Below, one piece after another: positions 1 to 11,882 of a stretch of DNA of 64,000 nt. Source of the DNA: Coraliomargarita sp. (GTDB lineage: Bacteria > Verrucomicrobiota > Verrucomicrobiia > Opitutales > Coraliomargaritaceae); assembly GCA_965216325.1 (NCBI GenBank), contig OZ244160.1, positions 96,001 through 160,000 of the forward strand, written 5' to 3'. Each line of letters begins with the position of its first letter. Positions within the stretch are counted from its first letter, which is position 1. The position numbers and the translations under genes are program-made. Below the pieces are notes generated by a model, which worked only from the letters and a program-made list of their open reading frames with translations, had not been told where the DNA came from and searched no databases.

Positions 1-1
1 C

Positions 2-160
2 GGGTCGGCAGGCCTAGAGTTTGATGCCTATTTCGAATCTGTGTGGTCGAATTCCGCGGGTGTAACAGAGAGTCTTTCTTACGAACAATGGGCAGATGAG
101 GGCGCGCTCAAAAAGTGGCGCTATCGTTTTCAGGAGTGGTCGGGACTGTCTACCTTCTAG
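2..160 (+). CDS. 3' end of a probable phospholipase D family protein (partial, runs in from the window edge)
   Basis: Manual translation of frame 2 is open to TAG at 158-160: ...FDAYFESVWSN...KKWRYRFQEWSGLSTF*. This resembles the C-terminus of bacterial PLD-family proteins; the HKD motif lies outside the window. Confidence 0.5.
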   Translation, partial: GSAGLEFDAYFESVWSNSAGVTESLSYEQWADEGALKKWRYRFQEWSGLSTF

Positions 161-165
161 GGTTG

Positions 166-220
166 AACAGGCATCTTGCCTGTTTTCGCTGATAGTGCGC
201 AGGCGGGACGCCTACGCTAC
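166..220. repeat. REP-like inverted doublet between convergent genes
   Basis: Palindrome AACAGGCATCTTGCCTGTT (166-184) and, on the minus strand, GTAGCGTAGGCGTCCCGCCTGCGC (220-197). The GTAG includes the ispD stop codon. Confidence 0.65.
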
Positions 221-915
221 TTGTTGAGCAGCCACTCCATGTAAGCGAGGTCTTGAGCTGTCGTCAGCTTAGGGTTCGGGTGCGTATTGACGACGATAGT
301 GGTTTTCAGACCAACGGTTGCGGCAGCGGCAGTATCATCTGTGATTGATAAGCCGGCTTCCTTTACGTGCTGATAGGCTTTGAGTATGTCAGCGTACTGG
401 AAGGCTTGAGGTGTTTCCATACCCCAAAGTCGCGAGCGATCGAGGTCTTCGAGCTCTATTTTTTGTAGTGTATCCGCATGCTGAATACGCTTGATCGTAT
501 CGACAACCGGATGTGCTAGGACTGCTGCATTGTCTTGCAATACGGCTTTGTGGAGATCGCAAATGTTCGAAGGCTGGATTAGTGGTCGGGCACAGTCGTG
601 AATGAAGACATTGGTGCATACACTGGGCAGGCTGGTCAGTGCGTTGAAAACGGAATCTTGTCGCTCAGATCCTCCCCAGGTGTAGTCAACGCTTACTGAG
701 CTAAGCTCGAGTGATCGGACGATTTGCTCGATGGCTTGTTGCTGTTCGTTGTCGCGGACGACGATACAGATGTGGCTGATGCAGCCACTTTCAACGAAGG
801 CTTCGATTGAATAGAGCAGCGCCGGTTTGTCCGCCAAGTGCACGAGCACCTTATCGTTGACCGTGCCTTGCATGCGCCGGCCGCTGCCGGCAGCCAATAA
901 TATGGCGGCATTCAT
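217..915 (-). CDS. ispD: 2-C-methyl-D-erythritol 4-phosphate cytidylyltransferase
   Basis: LAAGSGRRM, GGSERQDSV, IHDCARP, ETPQAF, TDD and NPKLTT motifs. Confidence 0.95.
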   Translation of the reverse strand: MNAAILLAAGSGRRMQGTVNDKVLVHLADKPALLYSIEAFVESGCISHICIVVRDNEQQQAIEQIVRSLELSSVSVDYTWGGSERQDSVFNALTSLPSVCTNVFIHDCARPLIQPSNICDLHKAVLQDNAAVLAHPVVDTIKRIQHADTLQKIELEDLDRSRLWGMETPQAFQYADILKAYQHVKEAGLSITDDTAAAATVGLKTTIVVNTHPNPKLTTAQDLAYMEWLLNK

Positions 916-920
916 ATTGC

Positions 921-1625
921 TTAGATCGCCAGTTCACTCTGAATTGCGCGGGCTGCTGCTGCAGGATCCTCGGCGCGAAGGATGGGGCGTCCGACTACAA
1001 TGAAGTCTGAGCCCGCTTTTGCTGCAGCTGCAGGCGTCATGATCCGCTTCTGCTCATCGGCAGCACTGCCCGCAGGACGAATGCCAGGAGTCACAATAAT
1101 TGGATCTCGGCCAAACTTTGCACGCAGTGGTGCAAGTTCGAGTGAGGAGCACACTAAGCCTTGTGAACCGGCTCCGAGTGCATGCTCGGCGAGGTGAACT
1201 ACTTGGCCTTCAGCGGTCGCCTTGACGTTGAGCGCGTTGAGTTGCTCAGTGCTCATGGATGTCAGCACAGTGACAGATAGAAGATTGAGGTCCGGTGCAT
1301 ACTCCGCACGCGCTTTGTTGGCCCATTCGATCATCTCGGCACCACCGGAGGCGTGGAGGGTGAGTAGTTGCACGGGGAGACTGGAAATGCTCTGAACAGC
1401 TTTGGCGACGGTGTTTGGGATGTCGTGTAGCTTTAGGTCGAGGAAGATCTTGTAGCCACGGTTCGCGACCTCGCGAACGAAGTCGGGGCCATATGCAGTA
1501 AACAACTGCAGGCCGATTTTGACCCATTCGAGTGAGTCGCCGAGGCGATCCAGCATCGCGAGTGCTTCTTCGCGTGTTTCAAGGTCGAGTGCTAAAATAA
1601 GTTGGCAGCGTTTCTCTGTCGTCAT
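921..1625 (-). CDS. pyrF: orotidine-5'-phosphate decarboxylase
   Basis: LILALD, KIG, FLDLKLHDIPNT, VTPGIRP and VVGRPI motifs. Start set at ATG 1625 (MTTEKRC) instead of the ORF-track start 1709. Confidence 0.95.
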   Translation of the reverse strand: MTTEKRCQLILALDLETREEALAMLDRLGDSLEWVKIGLQLFTAYGPDFVREVANRGYKIFLDLKLHDIPNTVAKAVQSISSLPVQLLTLHASGGAEMIEWANKARAEYAPDLNLLSVTVLTSMSTEQLNALNVKATAEGQVVHLAEHALGAGSQGLVCSSLELAPLRAKFGRDPIIVTPGIRPAGSAADEQKRIMTPAAAAKAGSDFIVVGRPILRAEDPAAAARAIQSELAI

Positions 1626-1724
1626 GAGCTCCACGCTGAGTTGCCAGAGCGGGGAGGGCAATCGACAAAAATAGGAAATTTGTCTGGTCGCTGCTTGGGC
1701 GATACACACACTACGGGTAGTTTT

Positions 1725-2618
1725 ATGCCTGATTCAGCTTCTCAGCTCACATTACACTCGCCGGCCAAGACAAATCTCATGCTGTCAGTGCATCCCTGCC
1801 GTGCGGATGGCTTTCACGAGCTCACTTCGCTGATTGTTGCTCTGGATTTTGGTGATACGCTGCAGGTGGAGTGTGCCGAAGGGAAGGATATATTGATTTG
1901 CTCGGGTGCTGCTGTGCCCACCGGACCGGAGAATCTAGTCCTCCGAGCGGCAAATGGTTTTCGGAAGCGTCTAGGTCGTAATTTGTATTTTCGCTTTCAT
2001 CTGGAAAAACGTATACCGATGGGATCTGGTCTTGGTGGCGGCAGTGGAAATGCTGCAGTGGCCCTAAAAGGCATGAATTCACTCGCAGGTGATGCCCTGC
2101 CGCTAGTGGTTTTACACGAACTTGCGGCCGAGCTCGGCTCCGATTGCCCCTTCTTTATCGGGCAAGAACCTGCAATTATGCGAGGGAGAGGCGAACTCCT
2201 AGAGTCACTGCCTGTGTCAGTCGCGACTCGGCTTCGAGGCCAGCGATTGCTGTTGTTTCGACCTGAGTTCCCAGTCGGAACCGCATGGGCGTATGGGCAA
2301 CTAATTGCCGGAGCACCGGATACATATGAGTCACCCGAGCTTGCGAACCGCCGCTTGGAGGACTTCATTCAGTCCGGTGGTGGGTTGGGTGATCTTTTGT
2401 TCAACTCTTTTGAGCGTCCGATCGGCCGTAAATATCTGGCAATTTCGACCTTGCTGAGTGGATTGAGGGCGTTGGGGGTGCCTTGCTTGATGAGTGGCAG
2501 TGGTAGTTGTTGCCTAGCTTTGTTACAAGATGATGGGCCTGCCCCAGAACAAATTCAGGCCCAAATTCGCTCTGCTTGGGGCGAATCGGTCTTTTTAGTT
2601 GAAACTTCCATTGCCTAA
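1725..2618 (+). CDS. ispE: 4-diphosphocytidyl-2-C-methyl-D-erythritol kinase
   Basis: PAKTNL, GFHEL, KRIPMGSGLGGGS, LGSDCPFF and MSGSGS GHMP-kinase motifs. Start set at ATG 1725. Confidence 0.93.
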   Translation: MPDSASQLTLHSPAKTNLMLSVHPCRADGFHELTSLIVALDFGDTLQVECAEGKDILICSGAAVPTGPENLVLRAANGFRKRLGRNLYFRFHLEKRIPMGSGLGGGSGNAAVALKGMNSLAGDALPLVVLHELAAELGSDCPFFIGQEPAIMRGRGELLESLPVSVATRLRGQRLLLFRPEFPVGTAWAYGQLIAGAPDTYESPELANRRLEDFIQSGGGLGDLLFNSFERPIGRKYLAISTLLSGLRALGVPCLMSGSGSCCLALLQDDGPAPEQIQAQIRSAWGESVFLVETSIA

Positions 2619-2695
2619 GCTGAAACTAGCCAGACCTCCGGACCAGTTGAAGCTGCCGACCCTACATTCCTAATTAACCCTATACATCTGAAATC

Positions 2696-4456
2696 GTGTT
2701 CACTGCTGCCGAAAAGCAAGAGTTAGTTCTTGAAGGTATTGCCGCATCGCCAGGCGTTGCGCATGGCACTGCCTTCGTGTATCTACAAAAGAAGTTGGAT
2801 GTTCCTTGCTACGATATTGCGGATGGAGTGGATACGGAGATCGAGCGTTTTGATCAGGCAATTTTAGAGACCCGAGCCCAGATTACGGAAGTTCGTAATA
2901 AGATCGCGAACTCACTCGGGGAAGGGGAGGCGCACATTTTTGATGCGCATTTGTTGGTGCTGGAGGATAGTGCACTCATTGAGGAAGTGATTTCCGAGCT
3001 CCGTAATACCGGCAAGAACATTGAGTTTTGCTATAATAAGGTCGCGCAGCGTTACATTTCGTTCTTCAGTTCGATGGAGGATGAATATCTGAAAGAACGT
3101 GTTGCCGATATTCAGGATGTTTCACGCCGTTTACTGCATAACTTGATTGGCATGCAGGAGGCCGACTTGGGCCAGCTTGCCCACAACAGCATTATTGTTT
3201 CCGAGGATATCACACCATCGGAAACTGCAGACTTGGATCGCACTAAGTTGCTAGCATTTGTGACCGATGCAGGTGGCAAAACGAGTCACTCAGTGATCAT
3301 GGCGCGTTCGCTTCGCATTCCAGCGGTCGTTGGTTTGCATGATGCGACTAAGCAACTGAAGACAGGTGATGAGATTATTGTCGATGGCCATGAAGGTTTA
3401 ATCATCGTTAATCCGACTGAAGAGCGTCTATTTACATACGGTAAGCTCGCTTCTGAGCGTGAGAAGCGTGATGCGATTATTCACTCGGTTTTGCCGGAAC
3501 CAAGTTGCACGGTTGATGGCGAGAGCATCCGTTTAATGGCGAACGTCGAATGTGCGGCTGAGATGGACCACGTTCAGAAGATGAACGCTGAAGGTGTTGG
3601 TTTGTTTCGGACCGAGGGGATTTTTCTGCGCCACCACGGCTATCCTCCAGAAGCAGTCCAGTATGAGGAGTATATGGCGGTTGCGAAAGCAGCGGGTGAG
3701 CATCCTGTTATTATTCGCACCTTGGACATTGGTGGTGATAAGACCATTGATGACGGTAAGGATGGCAAAGAGGACAACTCTTTTATGGGCTTCCGGGCGA
3801 TCCGCTTTTGCCTAGAGAATCTGGATATCTTTAAGACACAGTTGCGAGCGATCTTACGCGCCAGTGCACATGGTAACGTGAAGATCATGTATCCGATGAT
3901 CAGTGGTCTCGCCGAGCTCCGTAAAGCAAATGAGGTGCTTGAATCCGTGAAGGTCGAGCTGCGTGAGCTTGGGCATGGGTTTAACGAAGACATCGAAGTC
4001 GGTGCGATGGTTGAAGTTCCCAGTGCGGCGATTGTGGTCGATCTTCTGGCAAAGGAATGCGACTTTTTGAGTATTGGAACGAACGATTTAATCCAATACT
4101 TGATGGCGGTAGATCGCCTCAATGACCGCGTTGCGCACCTCTATGAACCTGCACATCCTGCTGTGATCCGGACGCTCAAGACTATTATTGATGGTGGTAA
4201 TGCAGCGGGAATACCAGTGAGTATTTGTGGTGAAGTTGGAGGTGATCCGATCTATGCCAGCCTAATCTTGGGTATGGGCGCGGACTCAATCAGTCTTACT
4301 TCGGGTATGTTGCCGGAAGTGAAGTATTTTATCCGCAAAATGAAGGCTGCCGATGCGCGTGCTCTAGTTGATGAAGTGTTGAGCATCGCTGAGCCTGAAG
4401 TGATCTTGCAGCGCTTACGTGAGTTCCATTCCGAAACGATTGGCGAGTTAGTTTAG
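2696..4456 (+). CDS. ptsI: phosphoenolpyruvate-protein phosphotransferase (PTS enzyme I)
   Basis: GIAASPG, GGKTSH (phospho-His), GLFRTE, RTLDIGGDK, SIGTNDL and ICGE motifs; no N-terminal GAF domain. Confidence 0.95.
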   Translation: MFTAAEKQELVLEGIAASPGVAHGTAFVYLQKKLDVPCYDIADGVDTEIERFDQAILETRAQITEVRNKIANSLGEGEAHIFDAHLLVLEDSALIEEVISELRNTGKNIEFCYNKVAQRYISFFSSMEDEYLKERVADIQDVSRRLLHNLIGMQEADLGQLAHNSIIVSEDITPSETADLDRTKLLAFVTDAGGKTSHSVIMARSLRIPAVVGLHDATKQLKTGDEIIVDGHEGLIIVNPTEERLFTYGKLASEREKRDAIIHSVLPEPSCTVDGESIRLMANVECAAEMDHVQKMNAEGVGLFRTEGIFLRHHGYPPEAVQYEEYMAVAKAAGEHPVIIRTLDIGGDKTIDDGKDGKEDNSFMGFRAIRFCLENLDIFKTQLRAILRASAHGNVKIMYPMISGLAELRKANEVLESVKVELRELGHGFNEDIEVGAMVEVPSAAIVVDLLAKECDFLSIGTNDLIQYLMAVDRLNDRVAHLYEPAHPAVIRTLKTIIDGGNAAGIPVSICGEVGGDPIYASLILGMGADSISLTSGMLPEVKYFIRKMKAADARALVDEVLSIAEPEVILQRLREFHSETIGELV

Positions 4457-4564
4457 TCTCCGCTTCGGGCATCTTATCGTTCAGGTGCCTATCTCGAAGA
4501 TAAGGCGGTCTAAAGGAGATTCGGATACTTTGACATTATTGTTTGGAGTCCCAAGCTGCGAGGC

Positions 4565-5551
4565 ATGACGAAGGATTCCATCGAAACTATGCTACTGGAA
4601 CTCACTGGCGCAAATGCGTTGGGGGAGCAGACCGTGTTGCAGAGCTTGTGGAGTGGCTATGGTTCGATCGTGCGCTATTCACTCAAGGGCGCCGAGTTGC
4701 CGAGTGTGGTTGTGAAGCATGTTTCGCCTCCAACAATTGCAGACCATCCTCGAGGCTGGAATTCGGATTTGTCGCATCAACGCAAGCTACAGTCTTACGC
4801 AGTCGAAACTGCGTGGTATCAGGACTATGCTGCTCTGTGCGGAGTGAATTGCCGAGTTCCACAGTGCTACACGGTCGAATCTTCGGGCGATGAAGTGGTC
4901 ATGGTGCTGGAGGATCTGGATGCCGCAGGCTATGCGCTACGACACACACAGATTGATGAAACTGGTGTGCTTGCCTGCTTGCGCTGGCTGGCGAATTTTC
5001 ATGCATGTTTTCTGAGGCAGCGACCGGACAATCTATGGGAGGTCGGGACCTATTGGCATTTGAACACTCGGCCGGATGAGCTGAAAATCTTGGCGGTTGA
5101 AGATCCTGAACTGTGTGCAGCTGCTGAGAAGTTGGATTCGAGACTGAATGCCGCCCAATATCAGACCTTCGTGCATGGTGATGCCAAGCTGGCAAATTTC
5201 TGTTTTTCGTCGAAGGGCGACACGGTTGCTGCGGTAGATTTTCAGTATGTCGGCGGTGGTTGCGGCATGAAGGATGTCGCTTACTTCTTAGGTAGTTGCT
5301 TGAGCGAGAAGGAATGTGAGTGGCTAGAAGGTGAGTTGCTGGATGCATACTTTTCGTTTTTGAAGCAGGCAGTTGGCAAGCGTAGTGACTCTGTGGATAC
5401 GGATGCATTGGAAGCGGAGTGGCGTGCCTTGTATCCGGTCGCATGGACCGACTTCCATCGTTTCCTCAAAGGTTGGAGTCCAGGGCACTGGAAGATCAAT
5501 AGTTATAGCGAACGTCTGGCGCGTGAGGTTGTCTCCAATTTGAAGTTGTAG
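4565..5551 (+). CDS. APH/choline/ecdysteroid-kinase-like phosphotransferase
   Basis: HGDAKLAN Brenner motif, VDFQYVG and LEDL; N-terminal QSLWSGYG. Confidence 0.8.
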   Translation: MTKDSIETMLLELTGANALGEQTVLQSLWSGYGSIVRYSLKGAELPSVVVKHVSPPTIADHPRGWNSDLSHQRKLQSYAVETAWYQDYAALCGVNCRVPQCYTVESSGDEVVMVLEDLDAAGYALRHTQIDETGVLACLRWLANFHACFLRQRPDNLWEVGTYWHLNTRPDELKILAVEDPELCAAAEKLDSRLNAAQYQTFVHGDAKLANFCFSSKGDTVAAVDFQYVGGGCGMKDVAYFLGSCLSEKECEWLEGELLDAYFSFLKQAVGKRSDSVDTDALEAEWRALYPVAWTDFHRFLKGWSPGHWKINSYSERLAREVVSNLKL

Positions 5552-5581
5552 GGGCTTTCACATCGAATATTTGATTTAACT

Positions 5582-6454
5582 ATGAAGCTTAGCACAGAGA
5601 GTCTTTCAGAGTTAGCGGATGTTGCAGAGCAGGCGGCCCGCGAGGCGGGGGCTTTGATTGCCAGTTATCGTGAGCGTGAAGTGAAGGTGCTTCATAAAGA
5701 GACTGGTGATACTTTGGCGTCACAGGTCGTCACGGAAGTGGATGACTTAGCCCAAACGCTAATTTTGAAACATCTTCAGCCGAGTATCCAAAGCAATGAC
5801 TTAGCCTTGTTGACCGAAGAGTCGGAGGATAATGGCAGTCGTCATGCGAAAGAGGCCTTTTGGTGTATCGACCCAATGGATGGCACCTTGCCGTTTACGC
5901 AAGGGATTCCTGGCTACTCCGTTTCGATCGCCTTGGTGGCTCGAGATGGGACTCCTTTGATTGGTGTCGTGTATGACCCGGTAAAGGAGAAATTGTATCG
6001 AGCGGTCGCTGGGCAGGGGATAGAGATTGATGGGCAAGTTTGGACGTCGAAACTAGAGCACTCGTTGGAGCTCAGTTTCTACTGCGATTGCACCTTTGAT
6101 GCTCATCCCGAACGCGACGCAATTGTTGCGGATATGGAAGCGTTTGCACAGGAGCAGGGCTATTCTGGGTTGGCCATCAAGGTTGGTGGGGGCGGTGTGC
6201 TCAATGCTTGCTGGGTGCTCGAGCGTCCACCAGCGATTTATTTCAAACGGCCCAAGATTCAAGTTGGGGGCGGTTCGATCTGGGATTTTGCGGCTACGGC
6301 CTGCCTGTTCCATGAGGCGGGGCTAGCTGCGACTGACTTTAATGGAGCACCCCTCGACCTAAACCGAGCCGAGTCGACCTTTATGAACCACCGCGGAGTG
6401 TGCTATGCGACCGATGTCATGCTTGCAGAGGCCTTACGAAACTGGAGCGCTTAG
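5582..6454 (+). CDS. inositol monophosphatase/CysQ family phosphatase
   Basis: VTEVD, LTEE, WCIDPMDGT and WDFAA motifs. Confidence 0.85.
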   Translation: MKLSTESLSELADVAEQAAREAGALIASYREREVKVLHKETGDTLASQVVTEVDDLAQTLILKHLQPSIQSNDLALLTEESEDNGSRHAKEAFWCIDPMDGTLPFTQGIPGYSVSIALVARDGTPLIGVVYDPVKEKLYRAVAGQGIEIDGQVWTSKLEHSLELSFYCDCTFDAHPERDAIVADMEAFAQEQGYSGLAIKVGGGGVLNACWVLERPPAIYFKRPKIQVGGGSIWDFAATACLFHEAGLAATDFNGAPLDLNRAESTFMNHRGVCYATDVMLAEALRNWSA

Positions 6455-6966
6455 CGATTCCAGGGCATCTTGGCCAACATGAGGCCCATGCCACAGGTGT
6501 CGGTCATGCCGGCGAAAATGAGCCCAGCGCCCACGAAGGCGGAAATGCCGAGGAAGCCAGTATGCACACTGAGTCCGAGAATGACTCCAACTAAGACTAG
6601 GCTTCCGGCGGCTATACGCACCTGTCGCTCGATCGACATGCAGCGTTCACCGTATTCGATATCTACACCAGCTTGTATGGCTGCGTCCGTTCCGCCTTCG
6701 ATCACATACAGGTTAGGGTGGCCTGCTTTCGAGAGTTTGGTTGCAGCGAGTGCGGCGCGTTTGCCGCTTTGGCAGAGAATGTAGACCGGGAAATCCAAGT
6801 CGTTCTCTGCACAGAATGCGTCTGCGTCCAATTGGTCCAAGGGGCTTAGTTCGGCACCAACGACATGAGCCGCTTTGAACTCTGCGGGGGAGCGCACATC
6901 AATCACAGTGTGACCATCGTTTATAAGAGCAGGGAGTTGTTTCGCGGCAATCGTATTAAAACTCAT
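6451..6966 (-). CDS. rhodanese-domain membrane protein (YgaP/DUF2892-like)
   Basis: IDVRSPAEF and CQSGKRA active-site loop, then SIERQVRIAAG plus two TM helices ending CGMGLMLAKMPWN. Start set at ATG 6966. Confidence 0.88.
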   Translation of the reverse strand: MSFNTIAAKQLPALINDGHTVIDVRSPAEFKAAHVVGAELSPLDQLDADAFCAENDLDFPVYILCQSGKRAALAATKLSKAGHPNLYVIEGGTDAAIQAGVDIEYGERCMSIERQVRIAAGSLVLVGVILGLSVHTGFLGISAFVGAGLIFAGMTDTCGMGLMLAKMPWNR

Positions 6967-7076
6967 GCTCAGGATACTATTCAACCGCTCGGTGAATTCA
7001 AGACTTGGCGCGCAATCATCAGCCGCTTTAATCGCGCTCTTCAGTTTTTCAACGATCACCGTCAATACATACGCAT

Positions 7077-8627
<1,551 letters not shown>

Positions 8628-8648
8628 TCTGCATTATAGATTTCTAAC

Positions 8649-8682
8649 AAAAAGGCCGGGCAAGGATGTTCGGCCTTTTTTT
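8649..8682 (+). terminator. intrinsic terminator after purH (possibly bidirectional)
   Basis: AAAAAGGCCG...CGGCCTTTTTTT hairpin flanked by A and T tracts. Confidence 0.8.
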
Positions 8683-8688
8683 GCGTGC

Positions 8689-8712
8689 GACACAGGCATT
8701 CCTGTCTGTGTG
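8689..8712. repeat. single REP-like palindrome
   Basis: ACACAGGCATTCCTGTCTGTGT is an imperfect palindrome with the same ACAGGCAT core as the element at 166-184. Confidence 0.5.
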
Positions 8713-8894
8713 AGTCAGTGAGTTACAAACATTGCCCTTTTCTGGTAGAACCCTTTTTCAGTGGCAGTTCCTTGGTGATCGCTTGCGTGGGGTATACAAT
8801 TAAAAAACAAATAACAGTTCTGTTCCCTTGGTGTTTTTTGTGTTTGGTTAGGGCTATTGAAACCATTTCCTAATACTTTTCAGCTAACACTAGC

Positions 8895-9731
8895 ATGAAA
8901 CTGCTCCACGTATTCTTCCTTTTTCTCGGCTTTGTTTGTTTCGCGAGCCTATATGCGGAGTCAGCCCATCCCTTGGTCGGAGTGACCCAAGAGGTTATTG
9001 TCGAACGATTTGGAATGCCCACGAACTCACTCTCGAGCAGCACGAAGACGATTCTAAATTACCCGCAGGGACGGATTACGCTAAAGCAGGGGCAAGTTAC
9101 CGACGTGTCGGGGCAGTTTGCATTCGATCCCTCCAAGCCGCCTGCGCTGAAAAATACAACGACGAGCGTCCAGTCCGAGGCACCACCCGCTAGGACTGTA
9201 GAGGCGCCAGCACCTGTGGCTGAGAAGCCAAGAGTTGTGGAGACAGAGACCCCGAAGAGTTTTAGATGGAGTGTAATGCTAGCGGATGCTCAAAGAAGAT
9301 CAGAAGCGAGTGGCTTACCCATCCTTGTTCTATTCACTGGGCCAGATTGGTGCCCGCCTTGCATACAGCTAGAGAAAGAGGTTCTTCCACGTAAAGAGTT
9401 CCAAAATTATGTTCGCACCAATTTCATTCCGCTCAAAGTCGCGCTTTTTCGCCGCTCGCCACAGAGCCCAGCCAGTAAAGCTCAATACGAGTCGATGGCC
9501 GCTCAGTATGGTGTGAATGGAGTACCTGCATTTATCATTATCTCGGCGGATGGAACACTCCTTAGTGAACCAGACATCTGGAAGCAACACTCCGGCGCAA
9601 AGAATCGAGAGCAACAGATCATCGCCGCGATTCAAGCCGCCGATGGCGGATTGGCCGGAGCCAAATCCTACCTGAAGATCGCACTGGGCTTAGTGCTGGT
9701 GATCGTGCTAATTCGAGCCATTCGAAAATAA
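8895..9731 (+). CDS. exported thioredoxin-fold protein with C-terminal membrane anchor
   Basis: N-terminal signal peptide, Pro/Ala-rich linker, FTGPDWCPPC, GVPAF cis-Pro loop, and a C-terminal hydrophobic helix followed by RK. Confidence 0.8.
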   Translation: MKLLHVFFLFLGFVCFASLYAESAHPLVGVTQEVIVERFGMPTNSLSSSTKTILNYPQGRITLKQGQVTDVSGQFAFDPSKPPALKNTTTSVQSEAPPARTVEAPAPVAEKPRVVETETPKSFRWSVMLADAQRRSEASGLPILVLFTGPDWCPPCIQLEKEVLPRKEFQNYVRTNFIPLKVALFRRSPQSPASKAQYESMAAQYGVNGVPAFIIISADGTLLSEPDIWKQHSGAKNREQQIIAAIQAADGGLAGAKSYLKIALGLVLVIVLIRAIRK

Positions 9732-9877
9732 TTTGATGGGGTATAAGTGTTGGGTACGAGTCTTCGAAAGCATTTGCGCTTGGTTGCCTAGATATCCGAA
9801 GATGTCATATCCGGCACCCGGACTCCTTTTCATGCTTGTTTCGCGGGGAGAAGCTGTTTTCTTTGCGCGTTTCTATT

Positions 9878-11689
<1,812 letters not shown>

Positions 11690-11717
11690 GCCTCGCAAAA
11701 CGAATTACTTTTCGACT

Positions 11718-11747
11718 GGAACCCGGAGCCTGCTCCGGGTTTCTTTG
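11718..11747 (+). terminator. intrinsic terminator after aspS
   Basis: AACCCGGAGC-CT-GCTCCGGGTT stem followed by TCTTT. Confidence 0.75.
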
Positions 11748-11795
11748 TATACATTACTTATTTTTAATTAAGAAGAACTAGCAGCTGTTGTTTTT

Positions 11796-11863
11796 ACTAC
11801 GAAAGTCGCGAAAGCTTCTCTAAACGTAATCTATGGTTTCGCGTTATTCGCGTCTTTCGTAGT
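11796..11863. repeat. periodic palindromic element (9-nt CGCGAA units)
   Basis: Left arm ACTACGAAAGTCGCGAAA; reverse complement of right arm ACTACGAAAGACGCGAATAACGCGAAA; AT-rich spacer. Confidence 0.75.
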
Positions 11864-11882
11864 TAATTTCAGTTTCAGTTAG

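Noticed and set aside
4486..4513. Hairpin GCCTATCTCGAAGATAAGGC after ptsI as a terminator or REP
   Set aside because: No U-tract and no intact GTAG tag; too degenerate to classify.
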